The notes under the pieces are model-generated. The model was not told the DNA's origin. It searched no databases and saw only the letters and a program-made list of their open reading frames with translations. Position numbers and translations under genes: made by a program. A stretch of 63,802 nucleotides of DNA, filler included, from Octopus bimaculoides (lineage: Eukaryota), in assembly GCF_001194135.2 (NCBI RefSeq). It is 6 parts of 5 records of this genome, joined end to end, with 100 filler letters (N's around TTAATTAATTAA, not from the genome) between each part and the next. Parts side by side here need not be neighbours in the genome. Positions count along the whole stretch, not along the records: positions 1 to 15,443 come from NC_069000.1; positions 15,544 to 46,221 come from NC_068989.1; 4 more parts are not named here. The stretch is one strand, 5' to 3'. Below, in pieces: positions 13,521 through 26,791 of this stretch; position 1 is the first letter of the stretch, and each line of letters opens with the position of its first letter.

Positions 13521-14949
13521 TAGTCTATTCTTAGCCACTTTGCTACAATAGCGACAACATGAATTTCTTCTATCTTCTTACTCTGTTAAAATATTTAAGA
13601 AAAATTATATTAATGTGTCCTACTTGTTAAAAATAAAATCTATATTTTGTGCAGTTGAAGATAGCACTGCATTTAAATTGATGTAATGATTGCATTGTTC
13701 AATTAAACGGAGCCGCTTGAAACGGTCGTACTGCATTACTACTTGATATCCTGTTGCTTATTTTGATCATATTTATCTCTCTATATATCTATTTGTACCT
13801 ATAAGTATATATGCGTATATATGTTTATATAAATGTTTATATATTCGGCATTCTCTTGATGAACAACCACACAGATGATTTCTTTATAGTGATCAAATGT
13901 TTTTGTACACATAAGCTCTCTCCCTTCATCAAATCAACATTACCTGTACAGGTGCAACTGGGTGCCACATGTCAGATGTCGAAATGATATATATATANNN
14001 NNNNNNNNNNNNNNNNNNNNNNNNNNNNNNNNNNNNNNNNNNNNNNNNNNNNNNNNNNNNNNNNNNNNNNNNNNNNNNNNNNNNNNNNNNNNNNNNNNNN
14101 NNNNNNNNNNNNNNNNNNNNNNNNNNNNNNNNNNNNNNNNNNNNNNNNNNNNNNNNNNNNNNNNNNNNNNNNNNNNNNNNNNNNNNNNNNNNNNNNNNNN
14201 NNNNNNNNNNNNNNNNNNNNNNNNNNNNNNNNNNNNNNNNNNNNNNNNNNNNNNNNNNNNNNNNNNNNNNNNNNNNNNNNNNNNNNNNNNNNNNNNNNNN
14301 NNNNNNNNNNNNNNNNNNNNNNNNNNNNNNNNNNNNNNNNNNNNNNNNNNNNNNNNNNNNNNNNNNNNNNNNNNNNNNNNNNNNNNNNNNNNNNNNNNNN
14401 NNNNNNNNNNNNNNNNNNNNNNNNNNNNNNNNNNNNNNNNNNNNNNNNNNNNNNNNNNNNNNNNNNNNNNNNNNNNNNNNNNNNNNNNNNNNNNNNNNNN
14501 NNNNNNNNNNNNNNNNNNNNNNNNNNNNNNNNNNNNNNNNNNNNNNNNNNNNNNNNNNNNNNNNNNNNNNNNNNNNNNNNNNNNNNNNNNNNNNNNNNNN
14601 NNNNNNNNNNNNNNNNNNNNNNNNNNNNNNNNNNNNNNNNNNNNNNNNNNNNNNNNNNNNNNNNNNNNNNNNNNNNNNNNNNNNNNNNNNNNNNNNNNNN
14701 NNNNNNNNNNNNNNNNNNNNNNNNNNNNNNNNNNNNNNNNNNNNNNNNNNNNNNNNNNNNNNNNNNNNNNNNNNNNNNNNNNNNNNNNNNNNNNNNNNNN
14801 NNNNNNNNNNNNNNNNNNNNNNNNNTAGATATTTATTTTTTGTAAACCGAACCGATTTCCTTCTTTCATGTACAACTTTATCATCGCTTATCTGTCTGGC
14901 GTCTGCACAAATGCACAAACGTCTCGATATAGAGCTCACAAAAAAATGA

Positions 14950-15192
14950 CCGAGTGTGTATGCGTGTGGGAATATGGTGTTGTTGCGCGAGTGTATAAGG
15001 ACTGTTTGTTTGTGAGTGCACGAGTGTGTGTGTGTGTGTGTGTGTAAATCCAAGCACGTTTTGTGAATGTGTGTGTGTGTGTGTGTGTGTGTTTGAATTC
15101 AAGCACTGTTTGGAGTGTATGAATGTGTCTATATGTGTGTGTGTAAATTCAAGCAGTTTGTGATTGTATAAGTGTGTGTGTGCGTGTGTGCT

Positions 15193-15223
<31 letters not shown>

Positions 15224-15443
15224 GCATGTGTGCGTGTGTGTGTGTGCGTGTGTATGCGTGTAAATTCAAGCAGTTTGTGAGTGTATGAGTGTGTGTGTGT
15301 GAGTGTGTGCGTGTGTGTGCAAATACAAGCACTGCTTGTAGTGTATGAATGTGTGTGTGTGTGTGTATGTGTGTGCGTGTCTGTGTGTGTAAATTCAAGC
15401 AGTTTGTGATTGTATAAGTGTGTGTGTGCGTGTGTGCTTGTGT
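14950..15443. repeat. TG-rich minisatellite, unit core gtaaattcaagcagtttgtgagtgtatgaatgtgtg
   Basis: About 6 recurrences of aa(t/a)t(t/c/a)caagca separated by variable (TG)n. Confidence 0.85.
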
Positions 15444-15487
15444 NNNNNNNNNNNNNNNNNNNNNNNNNNNNNNNNNNNNNNNNNNNN

Positions 15488-15499
15488 TTAATTAATTAA
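15488..15499. other. Assembly spacer TTAATTAATTAA (also 46266, 55460, 57837, 62611)
   Basis: Each is centred in a 100-bp block (44 N + 12 + 44 N) and gives stops in all six frames. Confidence 0.95.
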
Positions 15500-15940
15500 N
15501 NNNNNNNNNNNNNNNNNNNNNNNNNNNNNNNNNNNNNNNNNNNACATGAACAAAGGTAAAAATGAAGTAACTCAGTGGTGGGGCCGAGAATACTTCATTT
15601 CATCTCTTATTTTCATTTTTTCATTCCTTGTAACATGTACATTCGTTCCTTTTTTTTAATTCGTTATATGTCCTCACATGTCCTTGTATTGTCCCCTCTA
15701 TGTCGTCCCCTTGTGGGCTATAAAAAAATCGGTTAATTATGCAAAGACTCCTCTTGTTGGTACGTTTTACTATTTTTTTCAGTGTTTTGTTTGGTTGAAG
15801 AAGTGCTGAGGTGAGTTGTTTTGTTGAAAAGAACTGTTGATTGCTTTTTTGGAAGCAGCTTGTTGAAATCCCCCCACCCTCTGGGGGAATTATTGTTATT
15901 ATATTTTATGGCTTTTAAGCCGATTTTGTGAAAAACAAAA

Positions 15941-16959
15941 ATGGTAACTTCTTTGCTTTCATCAATTTCATACTCACCTGTGTCTGAAGCAGGTGAAGAA
16001 AGAATTTCACCGGCGGTGACGCCGAGAGAATTAAATTTTTGTGAAGAGAAAATATCACTGGCGGTGTTGCCAAAAAAGTTCACCGAGGTAGCGTGAAGAA
16101 ACTCAGACAAACACATAGAGAAGTAACCTGCAAAGATACATGTCAATGCTAAAAAAAAAGAGGAGACCGAAATTCAAGTGGCCCGCCTGGAAGAAATAAC
16201 TGACATAGTTAACAGGAGGAGAATCTTGTATAAAACCTATACCATTACGAAAAAAAGATATATAAAGAGATGAGAAAATAGTGGGAAAATGCCTCAGACC
16301 TATTATCACGTACATAAGCCGTGGCAAAAGATTTGGAACGATCGAAGTGAAGTTCAAGTCAGAGGAAGCAGCCAAGAAGTACTCCTCGGAAACACTCAGA
16401 AAGGAGGAGGCGGTTCTTCTTCCCATATATATGGGAAAATGTGAAAGTCAACAACTTCCCTTCAGAAGTTGATGCCACCTGCTTAGTGCCAGCTATCACG
16501 ATGGGCCTGGACGAAAAAATAAGAATTCTGCAGGACTCTGTGCAAAAGGAGGAGAATTGGAAGGGAAAATGCTTGATAATACTAATTCAAGCAGAAGTCG
16601 CAACCCTCAAAGAGGTTACAGAAATCATAAATGTCGGCGGAGAAGAAAGATTGATAGTATTTGTTGAAGGGAGGAAACCAAGGTGTTTTAACTGCGGGTT
16701 GAAAGACCACATCTGGTCGGAATGTAAACTGAAAGAAAAACAACAAGAATTACAAGAAACGACTAATGAAACGCCAGCACCAACACCGAAAGTAGAGCCA
16801 ACACCAATACCGACAGAAGAGAGTGAAGAGAAAGAAAGAGAGGAGGGGTGGTTGACTGTTTTCAAAAAAAAAAAGAAGCAAAAATCACAGAACGCCTCTA
16901 CTAAACTGAATTTAAAAAAAGAACGAGAAAGAAAAATAAAATACATACATGGCCATTAA
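15941..16959 (+). pseudogene. Tx1/L1-like ORF1 (gag-like, CCHC zinc knuckle), frameshifted, with no ORF2 following
   Basis: RFGTIEVKFKSEEAAKKY RRM-like segment; LIVFVEGRKPRCFNCGLKDHIWSEC (CX2CX4HX4C); acidic/Pro linker and Lys-rich tail; at least two frameshifts and several stops. Confidence 0.7.
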
Positions 16960-17316
16960 GGCAACAAATACATGGCCATAAAGGCTATTAAGGCAACCGT
17001 TTGGCAGCTATTGCGTCTGCCAAACGTATTAAAAAAACTCATCAAAAAACTTTTTTTATATAGAAAATCGACCGGAAGGATTACGGAGGGATAAAGTCCG
17101 AATTCTTTCACGACGTAGGCCCGCTCAGAATGGATTCTCTCGATATAGTTACAAGGGCCTACGTCCAAACACCCCATGAGCCCGGGAAAAGTAAAAAGAA
17201 AAAGAAAATGAGAACGAATTTCGAACTACTGATGAAAGGTAAGCAATGTTGACCATTCACGTAGGTTGTTTAAATGTGCGTGGACTCTTGTCAAGCTGGA
17301 AGCAAGGTAAATTTAT

Positions 17317-17355
<39 letters not shown>

Positions 17356-17369
17356 GTCCGTTTTTCCGC

Positions 17370-18780
17370 GACACTCCGATTATATTTAATGAGGAAGATT
17401 GCTTCACCGACCTGGGACACCAGTGCCCGACATATGAACATCTCACCAGGTAATCTCTCGGCCCTTCAATGTCTCCGACGCCGCACAGGCATCGTTATAA
17501 AACCGGCCGACAGGGTTTGAGCCGTGGTGGTGTACCGCGCCATCCTCCACAAGGCGGAAGCTCTCCTACAACTTCAAGGCACCTCCTTCCACTACGCCCC
17601 AACCTCACGCCCAGCTACCAACAGACTGTGTCCTCCACTCTCCATGATCTTATCCTCTCCTCCTATTTCCCCCATAGCCTCTAGCCTGATTGTCCGCCCC
17701 TCGCACTCCCACAATTTACTACCTCCCTCAAATCCACAACCCTAAAAACCCTGCCCGCCTAATCGTCTTCGCCTGCAACTGCCCCACCGAAATCATCTCC
17801 AGATTTCTTCACCATGTTCTTGCCCACCTTAGTGACTTCTCTCCCCTCTCACATCCAGTGACACCAACCATGCTCTTTGTTTGTTCAAATCATTCTCCTT
17901 CCCTTCTGTCCCCAACAAAGATCTCTTTACTCTTGACATCAAGATCCTATACACGGTGATCCTTTACATGAGGGGCTGCGTGCACTCCAACTTTTCCTTG
18001 ACCTTCGGCCCAGGCCCCAACCTGAGACATTTACAACCCTTCATCTTTCCGACTTGTCCTTTCACTTAACTGCTTCTCGTTCGCGGGTGATTTTTACCGG
18101 CTCTTTCTGGAGTGGCCATGGGAACGAAAATGGGCCCCAACTATGCGAACCTGTTCATTTGCTTCGTTGAGGCCCAAATATTCTCAAGTTTCACTGAACT
18201 CGCTACCGAAATTATATTGACGACTGTATTAGTGCGACCTCACTCGCTCTCGAAATCCTTCTTCTCTTTTATCAAATCTTTCCATCCTGCCCTCCACTTC
18301 TCCTGCACTATTTCCGCCCCTTTTTCGACATTTCATCACTCCACTCTCACCACCGCCATCCACAACAAACACAGAGACTCCTCCTCCCAACCTAAACACA
18401 CTAAGCTCTCCTCCCTTATTCCCAATTCCTCCGTCTACGCAAGCTCTGCAGTGACGACCATGACTTTGAGACTCAGTTTCAACTCATGGCTCGCCACTTC
18501 ATCCTACGTGGATGTACCCTCACGACTATTCACACCGCACTTGCCAGAGAGCGTTCTGTGGACCGTGTATCTGCTCTCTGCTCCCGCATCAGCTCCGCCA
18601 TTACCCGTCTCCCGTTTCCCCTCACGTACCACCCCACCCCCCTACCTCTCCAACGCACCATTCTCCGAGCCTTCCGGTGACTCCAGTACGACAATTCCAT
18701 TTGGCACTTTTTCCCTAACCGACCCCTCCTCTCCTTCCAACGATCCCGCAACCTACGAGACCTCTAGTTTAATAATTTAA
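17370..18780 (+). mobile_element. Degenerate PLE RT fragment (Neptune-like motifs)
   Basis: NISPGNLSALQCL...IVIKPAD; IYYLPQIHNPKNPARLIVFACNCPTEIIS; LFTLDIKILYT; SGVAMGTKMGPNYANLF; FQRSRNLRDL. Frameshifted; no GIY-YIG seen. Confidence 0.85.
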
Positions 18781-19224
18781 CATATCTAGGCCTCTTATAC
18801 GTAATCCAGCATTAATATCCTTACCCAAACCTATGCGAGTTTAAAATTTCACCTCCCACACATAATAACTAAATTATATAACATAACCTTCTCATCACTT
18901 TTTATCATATAATACCAGTTCTATTAACTGTTAACTTAATTTAGTCTATAGAGTGCAGAAATATCCATTCCCCTACCATTACTCTCACCTCTAAATCGAA
19001 CCTTGACCTGCCACCTTAACAATGATTTATTAGCAACTAACTTTACTTTTCTATACTATTTGATGGCTTGTTTCGCTTACCTTAATCTCATACTGGACCT
19101 AATTTCGGTCAGCATGAGACTATTTCCATTTATTAGATTTATTCATTTCCATACCTTCCCCCATCCCGGATAACAAAAATTAATTTAACACGTTAATATT
19201 GACTTCACACCTCTTCTATGAACA

Positions 19225-20600
19225 AAGGTGACAGCAGCGTCTGCAATAACTAAACGCGGTATCTCTCTTCTAAGTATCACTGACAAATCGTTTGTTAGAG
19301 TTGCACTGAAGAGACGTCAAGTTCTCACTGAGAGACTCTACTCGGAATTCCAGTGTGGCTTCCGTGCAAACAGATCTACATTCGACATGGTCTTCTCCCT
19401 TATGCAGCTGCAGGGGAAATGCAGAGAACAACATCTTGTGTGCATCGCATTCATAGGCCTGACAATGGCCTTTGAATTAGTAGGGATGGAATCTTTACCA
19501 TCCTCTACAAGATTGTCTGCCTACCCGACTGATCAGTATCATAATTCCTTCCACGAAGACATGAAAGTTACTATTGCGTCCGATGGTTCAACATCAGATG
19601 ATTTCAACATACAAAGTGGTGTGAAGCAGGGATGTATTATCACCCTCTTCGGAATTTTCTTTGCTCTCCTCGAGGAACACGCATTCGGTTCATCCACAGA
19701 ATGCATCTATCTCCGCACTTGGTCGGATGAGAAATTGTTCAACTTAATCAGACTCAAAGCCATATCCAAAGTCCAGGTATAGTGCATGCGCAATTTTATC
19801 TTCGCATATGATGCTGCGGTCACCCCCCCCCCTGCTCAGTTGAAGACATCCAGAGAAGCCTGCCGAGACGACGATCTCCTCATCATCACCAAGAAAACAC
19901 AGGTCATGGGACAGGATGTGGATTGTCCTCCCGATATCAGAATCTCCAGCCATCAACTGGAAGTTGTAGATGCCTTCGTCTACCCTGGACCAACAATCTC
20001 TAACTTTCTTTCCTTTGACACTGAGCTCTGCAGGTGTATCGACAAAGCAGCTACCACCATGTCTAAGCTGAACAAGAGAGCTTCGAGCAACAACAAACTT
20101 ACTAAGCACACTAAGCTCCAGACCTACAAAGCGTGTGTCGTGAGCACACTGTTATATGGCAGTGAGTCCTGGACCCTGTGGAACAGACAGGAGCACAGGC
20201 TGAACATCTTCCACATGCACTGCCTCCAACGTATTCTCAACATCACATGGCGGGGCACTATACCAAACACTGAAATCCTAGAAAGAGCAGCTATACTCAG
20301 AACGGTGGCTCGGACATTGTGGTTGGACATCTGCAAAAGAGAGTTGAAGGTATTTAGAGTAGATCCCAACGACTGGGAATCTATAGCTGCAGTGAGAACA
20401 TTTTGGCAGTCAAAAGTCAGGGAGGGCCACCAAGATTTGGAAAGGTCTCTCACAGAACGTGCCGAAATAAAAAGACAGATCAGAACATTGGAAAGTGAAG
20501 CAGAAAACCCAGCGGCAGAGTTTGTGTGCATTCCTTGTGAAAGATGCTCTCACTCCCGCATCGGTCTGACAAGCCATGCCCGTCGCTGTTCTCGGACGCG
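19225..20600 (+). mobile_element. 5'-truncated RTE-clade LINE (RT and C-terminal C2H2-like motif)
   Basis: EFQCGFRANRSTFDMVFSLMQLQGKCREQH; SGVKQGCI; FIFAYDAA (decayed FADD); LEVVDAFVYPG; TLLYGSESWTL; CIPCERCSHSRIGLTSHARRC. Confidence 0.9.
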
Positions 20601-21313
20601 AAATGTTTTCCCACGAGAGTTCCGGACACTAGTTATGAACTCATTTGCATACAGCCAAAAAGAGCAGTTTCTTATCTTTCTTCGTTTTATTTACTTTCAA
20701 AAATCCAACGGTTTTTATTGAAATATTCAGCGTCCCTTACTCGTTCGCTACTTAACATCATAGGTTAATATCCTAACTTAACAACACTACTTACTTACTT
20801 TACTATGTAACGGTTTTCATAACCGATATTGTATGCAGTGGCAATATGTTTCATGTCATTTCAACCTGTTTATACACATGTAATTTAAGGACAACAATTA
20901 ATGTTGTCTGTTTTTTTACTATCTGCTATGAATTAATCAAATCTGACCCTGAGGAGATACAATATTCCATATTTTATAACATACAGGAGTGAGTTGGGAT
21001 ATTGTATCGAAATGATCATGGGTCATTAAAAAGTTTTTACAATGGATCGCGTTATAGCTCTTACTTAAATTGATATATGTATATGTATGTATATGTATAA
21101 AATTATAATTTAGGGTATCTAAGAAATATTATCACGCTGAAAATAGCAGTCATCGCTTGACTCTAAAACCACAATAAATGTTCATATAGCACCAGGAGAG
21201 AAGACGAAGAGACAAGATAAACTAGCAAAAGTTAGTGGATAATTCTAGATCCTGGATTTCTGGCTCTGCATAGGAGATGTTTTGTTTCATCAGTGCAATA
21301 TACTGAGAAAAGC

Positions 21314-21350
<37 letters not shown>

Positions 21351-21589
21351 NNNNNNNNNNNNNNNNNNNNNNNNNNNNNNNNNNNNNNNNNNNNNNNNNN
21401 NNNNNNNNNNNNNNNNNNNNNNNNNNNNNNNNNNNNNNNNNNNNNNNNNNNNNNNNNNNNNNNNNNNNNNNNNNNNNNNNNNNNNNNNNNNNNNNNNNNN
21501 NNNNNNNNNNNNNNNTATATGTATGTATATATACAACACATACGATATACTTTCATATACGAACGCATCCATACATGAGTTCCTGTTCC

Positions 21590-21977
21590 ATCATCATCTT
21601 CAAGGCTGAAGTGTCCACTTCCGAATTTTGCAAACTATCTCCTGCAAGTTCTTTCATTCAAGCATTCTTTCCTATAAACGGAGTGTATGTTTTGAGTTGC
21701 TTCGGCTGCAGAGTTTCCTCTTTTGTACTCGTAAAGCATTATGTGTCTCAAATGATCTTTCAATACTTCCATGTTAGAAAGGGTTTTAATCAAAGGAATG
21801 TTAATTCTATTATTCTGTAAAATAATATTCAATTAGTTTAAATGTATAATTACTTAAATTTAATTAGTTTAAATGCATAAAAATAACTTTTAGTCTCATT
21901 AGACATTCTAAGATACCTTTAAATTTCATTCAAATTAAAAAAATGTAGTCGGACAAAACTTATGGGATGACCTGTTA
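21590..21977 (-). mobile_element. mariner 5' end (TIR and N-terminal HTH)
   Basis: MEVLKDHLRHIMLYEYKRGNSAAEATQNIHSVY...ERTCRR*FAKFGSGHFSLED; TIR-like TAacaggtcatcccataagt at 21977. Confidence 0.85.
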
Positions 21978-23691
21978 TTTGAGTATATATGTTTACCTGT
22001 GAACTAATATTATTATTATAAAACTATTTGTCATTATCTGAAAACATTTCCCTAAGATACCAATAGTACTTCAGAACGATCAGTCGCTTGGTATGTTACA
22101 CTAGAAATGACACATTTCAACTTTAGTCTCTCTGAAGGCACTGCTTCTACAAAAAAATGAGTGGCTTGTGAATGAAAAGCCTTCCTGATAGAACTAGCTG
22201 TGGTTTAAGATTGACAAGCAGCAATTTGAACTAAAACAGCCATCTAATGAATCTATTCTATAATTCTAGATCATGTCAGCTAATTAGGGTTAACGATATT
22301 CGTCTCTTTACAGTTTCACATTGAAGAATGTTTTATTAAATCTTCTACATAAAAGTTGAAGGGTTGTTGAAAATCAAAATATTTGCTTCAATTTGGCAAA
22401 TAATGTGACACATTTTTGGAATGATTCCAGTGTTGATTGTAAATGAATCAAATGTTTAATTTCATTAGTCTTATATTGTTCTTTATTTTCAAGTTTTCAG
22501 AGCAAGTAATTTTCCAATATTTTTAATAAACTAGAATAAATAAATGTGTTCGTATGTGTTTGTACAAGACTAGATGAAATTGGGTTTTTCTGAGTGTTTT
22601 AATAGACACGAAGATGCACGTACAAATGAATCAATATAAATATAAATGTTGCACGTATCTATGTATACATATGTGTGTACATACACACACACACATACGC
22701 ACTTACACACACACGCACACACACACACACACACATATATATTATACATATTTATATTATACATATATATATTATATCGCTGTATATATATTATAGATAT
22801 ATATATTATACATATATATATATTATATATATATTTTTTTTCTCTCTCTCTATATATATATTATACATATATATACATACATATATATATGTATATTATA
22901 TATAATTATCATATATACATATATATTATATATATATTTTTTTTCTCTCTCTCTATATATATATTATACATATATATACATACATATATATATGTATATN
23001 NNNNNNNNNNNNNNNNNNNNNNNNNNNNNNNNNNNNNNNNNNNNNNNACATTATACATACATGAAGACAAACATAGATACTTATATAAATATCTGGAGTG
23101 CAACATATATTTAGATTCGGTGATGGGTTTTACTTACAAATCCAGAGATGAAAACTATCGTCAAATTGCTTTTCATATTTTAGAGAATTAAATATAGCAA
23201 AGTAATTCATCGTTTGAAATTTCAGTTTTGTAAAATGGAATTAATAATTATTGCAGTGCTACACGTTGACAAGCGACGTAATTAAAGACACCAAAGCTGT
23301 TATTTGAAAACTTTGAACTAGAATTACGTTATCCATAGCTGATGAAATTTAGTGACGCTGAAACACGTGCCTTACGATGCAATCAAGTAGTCCATAGACC
23401 AGTGATGTTTTCGCACACGCATTGTAAAATAATTTCTCTCTCCAAACAACTTTTGCAGTAATGTTGTCACCAAGCTTGGTGATACAGGAACGAGCTACAT
23501 AAGCCTATACAGACCTACATCTCAATGAACACTGCTTAGAGCACCTGTTGCTAATTAGTTCCAGCTTGACTAACATTTGTCAGACATTTTGCAAACGGCA
23601 GTTCTCGGTGAGCTATGCACAACAGAAAGACGGGTCTTGTAGTGTGAAGACATTGTTCAAAACGCAGGAGTTTGTTTTTACATACATTGTC

Positions 23692-24901
23692 TACGTGATG
23701 GTATCAAAATATTCTTACTTAAGTTTTAACATCACGTCCTTCAAAGTAGGCACCTTGCGTTGCCTCCACTTTTGGAATCCAGCGTGGAAGTTGTTTTCTG
23801 TAAATGAGTCGAGGACCTTGACCGATTCGGTTTGGATCTCGACAACGGTGTCAAAACAGCGAACTTTGAGCTGCATCGTTACCTTGGGGGAACAGATGGA
23901 AGTATGCAGGTGCTAAATTTCACGAATAGAGTGAGTGCGGAAGCGATAGCATGTTGTTTTGGGCGAGAACCTCACGAATGAGCAGAGCTCGGTGATAGGT
24001 TGAATTGAGATCGTCAAGAACCCAGTGCTTCGCGCTCTACAGATCCGGTGGCTTTCGGCAAATGTCCTCGCTCAAACACTTCATAACATTGTAGTAGAAC
24101 TTTCAATTGACGGAATGACCCTGGAGGACGAATTCTCGATGCACAATACCTTGACTGTCGTAAAAGGTGATGAGCATGCTGTTGACTGAGGTGCAGCCTT
24201 GTTGAGCCTTCTTCGGTCGTGGTGATGAAGGACAATTCCATTATGACGACTGCTGCTTCGTTGAGAACTGTACATGTAGACCCAACTATCGTCAATGATG
24301 TTGATACCGGACATGAAGGATAGGTTATCAGTGGCACGCTCACAGAGATCTTGACAGATTTCGATGCGATGTCAGCAAGCGCTGGACAAACATGGTAGAG
24401 ATACGCTGCATGTTCAATTCAGACGTTAGGATTACCTGCACGGACCCATATGACAGATAGATTACATCAGCAGTGTCGTTGGTTGTCGTCCGACGATCCT
24501 CATGCAGAAGTTGGTGAATTTTCTCCACACTTCCGGGAGTGACGCACGTCTTCCAGATCGCTTATCGACTTCCACTTTGGCAGTGTCTAAGACACTCGAA
24601 ATGCATACAGGTCATTGCCTGGTCACCGTAAGCTTGTGGAACATGCTCAATGTCTCCGTAGCAGACTTCTGAAGTTTAATGCAAAATTTCATGTTGGCTC
24701 TTTGTTTCAACTTCCTAGAGATGACAAAGTCGCAAACTGCAGTATATATGTGATCACAAAAACACAAATTTCACATTTTGCGAAATAAACACAACGATGT
24801 CCTACGGCACACTGCTAACTCTAACTGCGCACGAAATCATGCGCTGCAATCTGTTCGCATGCTACAGAACTAGCATTGGATTGTTTTGATACCACCTCTT
24901 A
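23692..24901 (-). mobile_element. Full-length decayed mariner transposon
   Basis: TA-flanked imperfect TIRs TA|cgtgatggtatcaaaa and ttttgataccacctct|TA (13/16 match). Transposase remnants RANMKFCIKLQKSATETLSMF, SYGSVQVILTSELNMQRIS, IIDDSWVYMY and NLAPAYFHLFPK (YSPDLAP-like). About 1.2 kb. Confidence 0.9.
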
Positions 24902-26484
24902 TTAGCAGATTTTTTCCCGAGACGATTTCTACAATGAAGATATGCACCAGTGTTTTTAAAATGATATTTTCAACAACGCTTATTAGAGCTTCGCTAGATA
25001 ATTCTAGTAAATTTTCTATTAACTGTTCAAATATAAAAATGACGATTTCTGTGGACTAAGAATGACAGATATGGTACCTGTTGCTGATGAAACGTGTCAT
25101 ATTGTGCATAACCTAGTTCTGTATTTGATTTCCACACCCGGTGTCTGTAAGCATAATTTATCGCATGAGTCAATTTTGCTGAAAGGATCTCACCAGGCTT
25201 GGGTGTACAGCAACATATTTACTGTAATTGCAATCAATGCTAGTTAATCATTTGCAGCTTGACAAATCTCTGTGCATATTAATAAGTTTAGTTTCTTATT
25301 TCAGCATAATACGGACAGGTCTAATTTGGCTGAAAACTTGAAATAGAATTTGCATTTGAAATCTCCGTAGCGCCAATTGTTGGGAGACTTCTTTGTTTAT
25401 TTATCTATTTATTTATTTATTTATTGCTGCATTACATGCTGGTTCCTTACATGTTTCATCATATTGATAAGTGAAAGTTTATAGGTTGTGGAGTTCAACT
25501 AATTTTAGAAGTCAAATTCTTGACATATTTTTGCTTATTCATTTAGTTGCTGTAGAGTGTTGTACGTTATGGTTTAGTTTTAATATTATCATTGAACATT
25601 CGAGACGAGATACAAATCTTCATATAATCGGTAAATCTTGACGCTTGCACGATTTTGTGAATTAAACAAGTCTGCTTTGAAAGAGAACGGGTGAAACTGG
25701 TGACATATGGGAGTGCTTTTAAAGATGTTTTTTTTTCATTTGACCTTTACAATTAACAAAATCCAAACTTGTACTATGATGACAAAACCAAGTCACCCAC
25801 TCATAAAAACAGTGGGCGATTTTAAACATTATATTCAAGAGAATTGAACTAAGATATGGTAACCTCCCGTAATAATGAATGATGTCAAACTCGTTGATAT
25901 TTTTAAGAATTTGACTTGGTTTCATATATACGATTCACAATTGTTTTAATTCATTCCAAACCTGGATTGAGATTTCGGAAATATAGTTTTTATTTCCCCT
26001 ACGTAGGACCGTTGTCAATCAAATATTTTCTACAATACCGTTGAAAGATTAGTCAGCAAAGCTACAGGTCGATTAGATTTCGTTGAACGGTAGTTGTTTG
26101 TATTAGTTTAGGTGTTATTACATTACAAGAAAATCTCCATATATATGGATGATTTTAAATTTTAAGTGTATTATAATATAAATTTAATACCATTTGTTTT
26201 TCACTACGTATTACATTCATGGTTAAGTTATGTATTTTATCTGAACATGTAATCATTCCTTCTTTTAATTCAGCCTTGTATTATAATTCTTGTTCAATAA
26301 TAGAAATGAAAAACTTAGATTGGGATATAAATATGCATGAATGCATACTGCTCCAAAGTTTTGCATCGCGTAGTAGCTACATTATAAAAGTATAAACAAC
26401 CGAATGAATAAATATGAAATCGAGTATTATATATTCAATGTTTATCAGATTTTTTTCTTTTATTTAGATTACAGTTGTTGTAGT

Positions 26485-26749
26485 GGAGGCGCAATCACCC
26501 ACTGGTTGAGGCAACTGACTCGCAGTCGTAGGATTGCGATTTCGATTCCCAGACCGGACGTTAGGAGTGTTTATTGAGCGAAAATACCTAAAGCTACACG
26601 AAGTTCTGCCAGGGGCTGGTGGCGAAACTTGCTGTACTCTTTCACCGCGACTTTCTCTCAATCATTCTTTTTGTTTCTGTTGTACCTGTATTTAGAAGGA
26701 CCAGCCTTGTCACACTCTGTGTCACGATGATTCTCCCCGAGAACTACGT
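26485..26749 (+). mobile_element. SINE family B, 3' part lost at a microsatellite/gap
   Basis: Aligns to 5825-6090. Confidence 0.88.
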
Positions 26750-26750
26750 C

Positions 26751-26791
<41 letters not shown>

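Noticed and set aside
7203-15053. Long ORFs of 130-377 aa in the track (also 26619-27834, 47388-47904)
   Set aside because: They are open only because they run through N gaps.
15488-15499. TTAATTAATTAA palindrome recurring five times
   Set aside because: Always centred in a 100-bp N block; an artificial six-frame-stop scaffold spacer, not biological.
23335-23380. Further CTGANGA...GAAA-like strings (also 41025-41070, 44240-44280 minus, 9305-9335 minus)
   Set aside because: Stems I/II or core bases do not fit; they cannot be distinguished from chance or fully decayed motifs.
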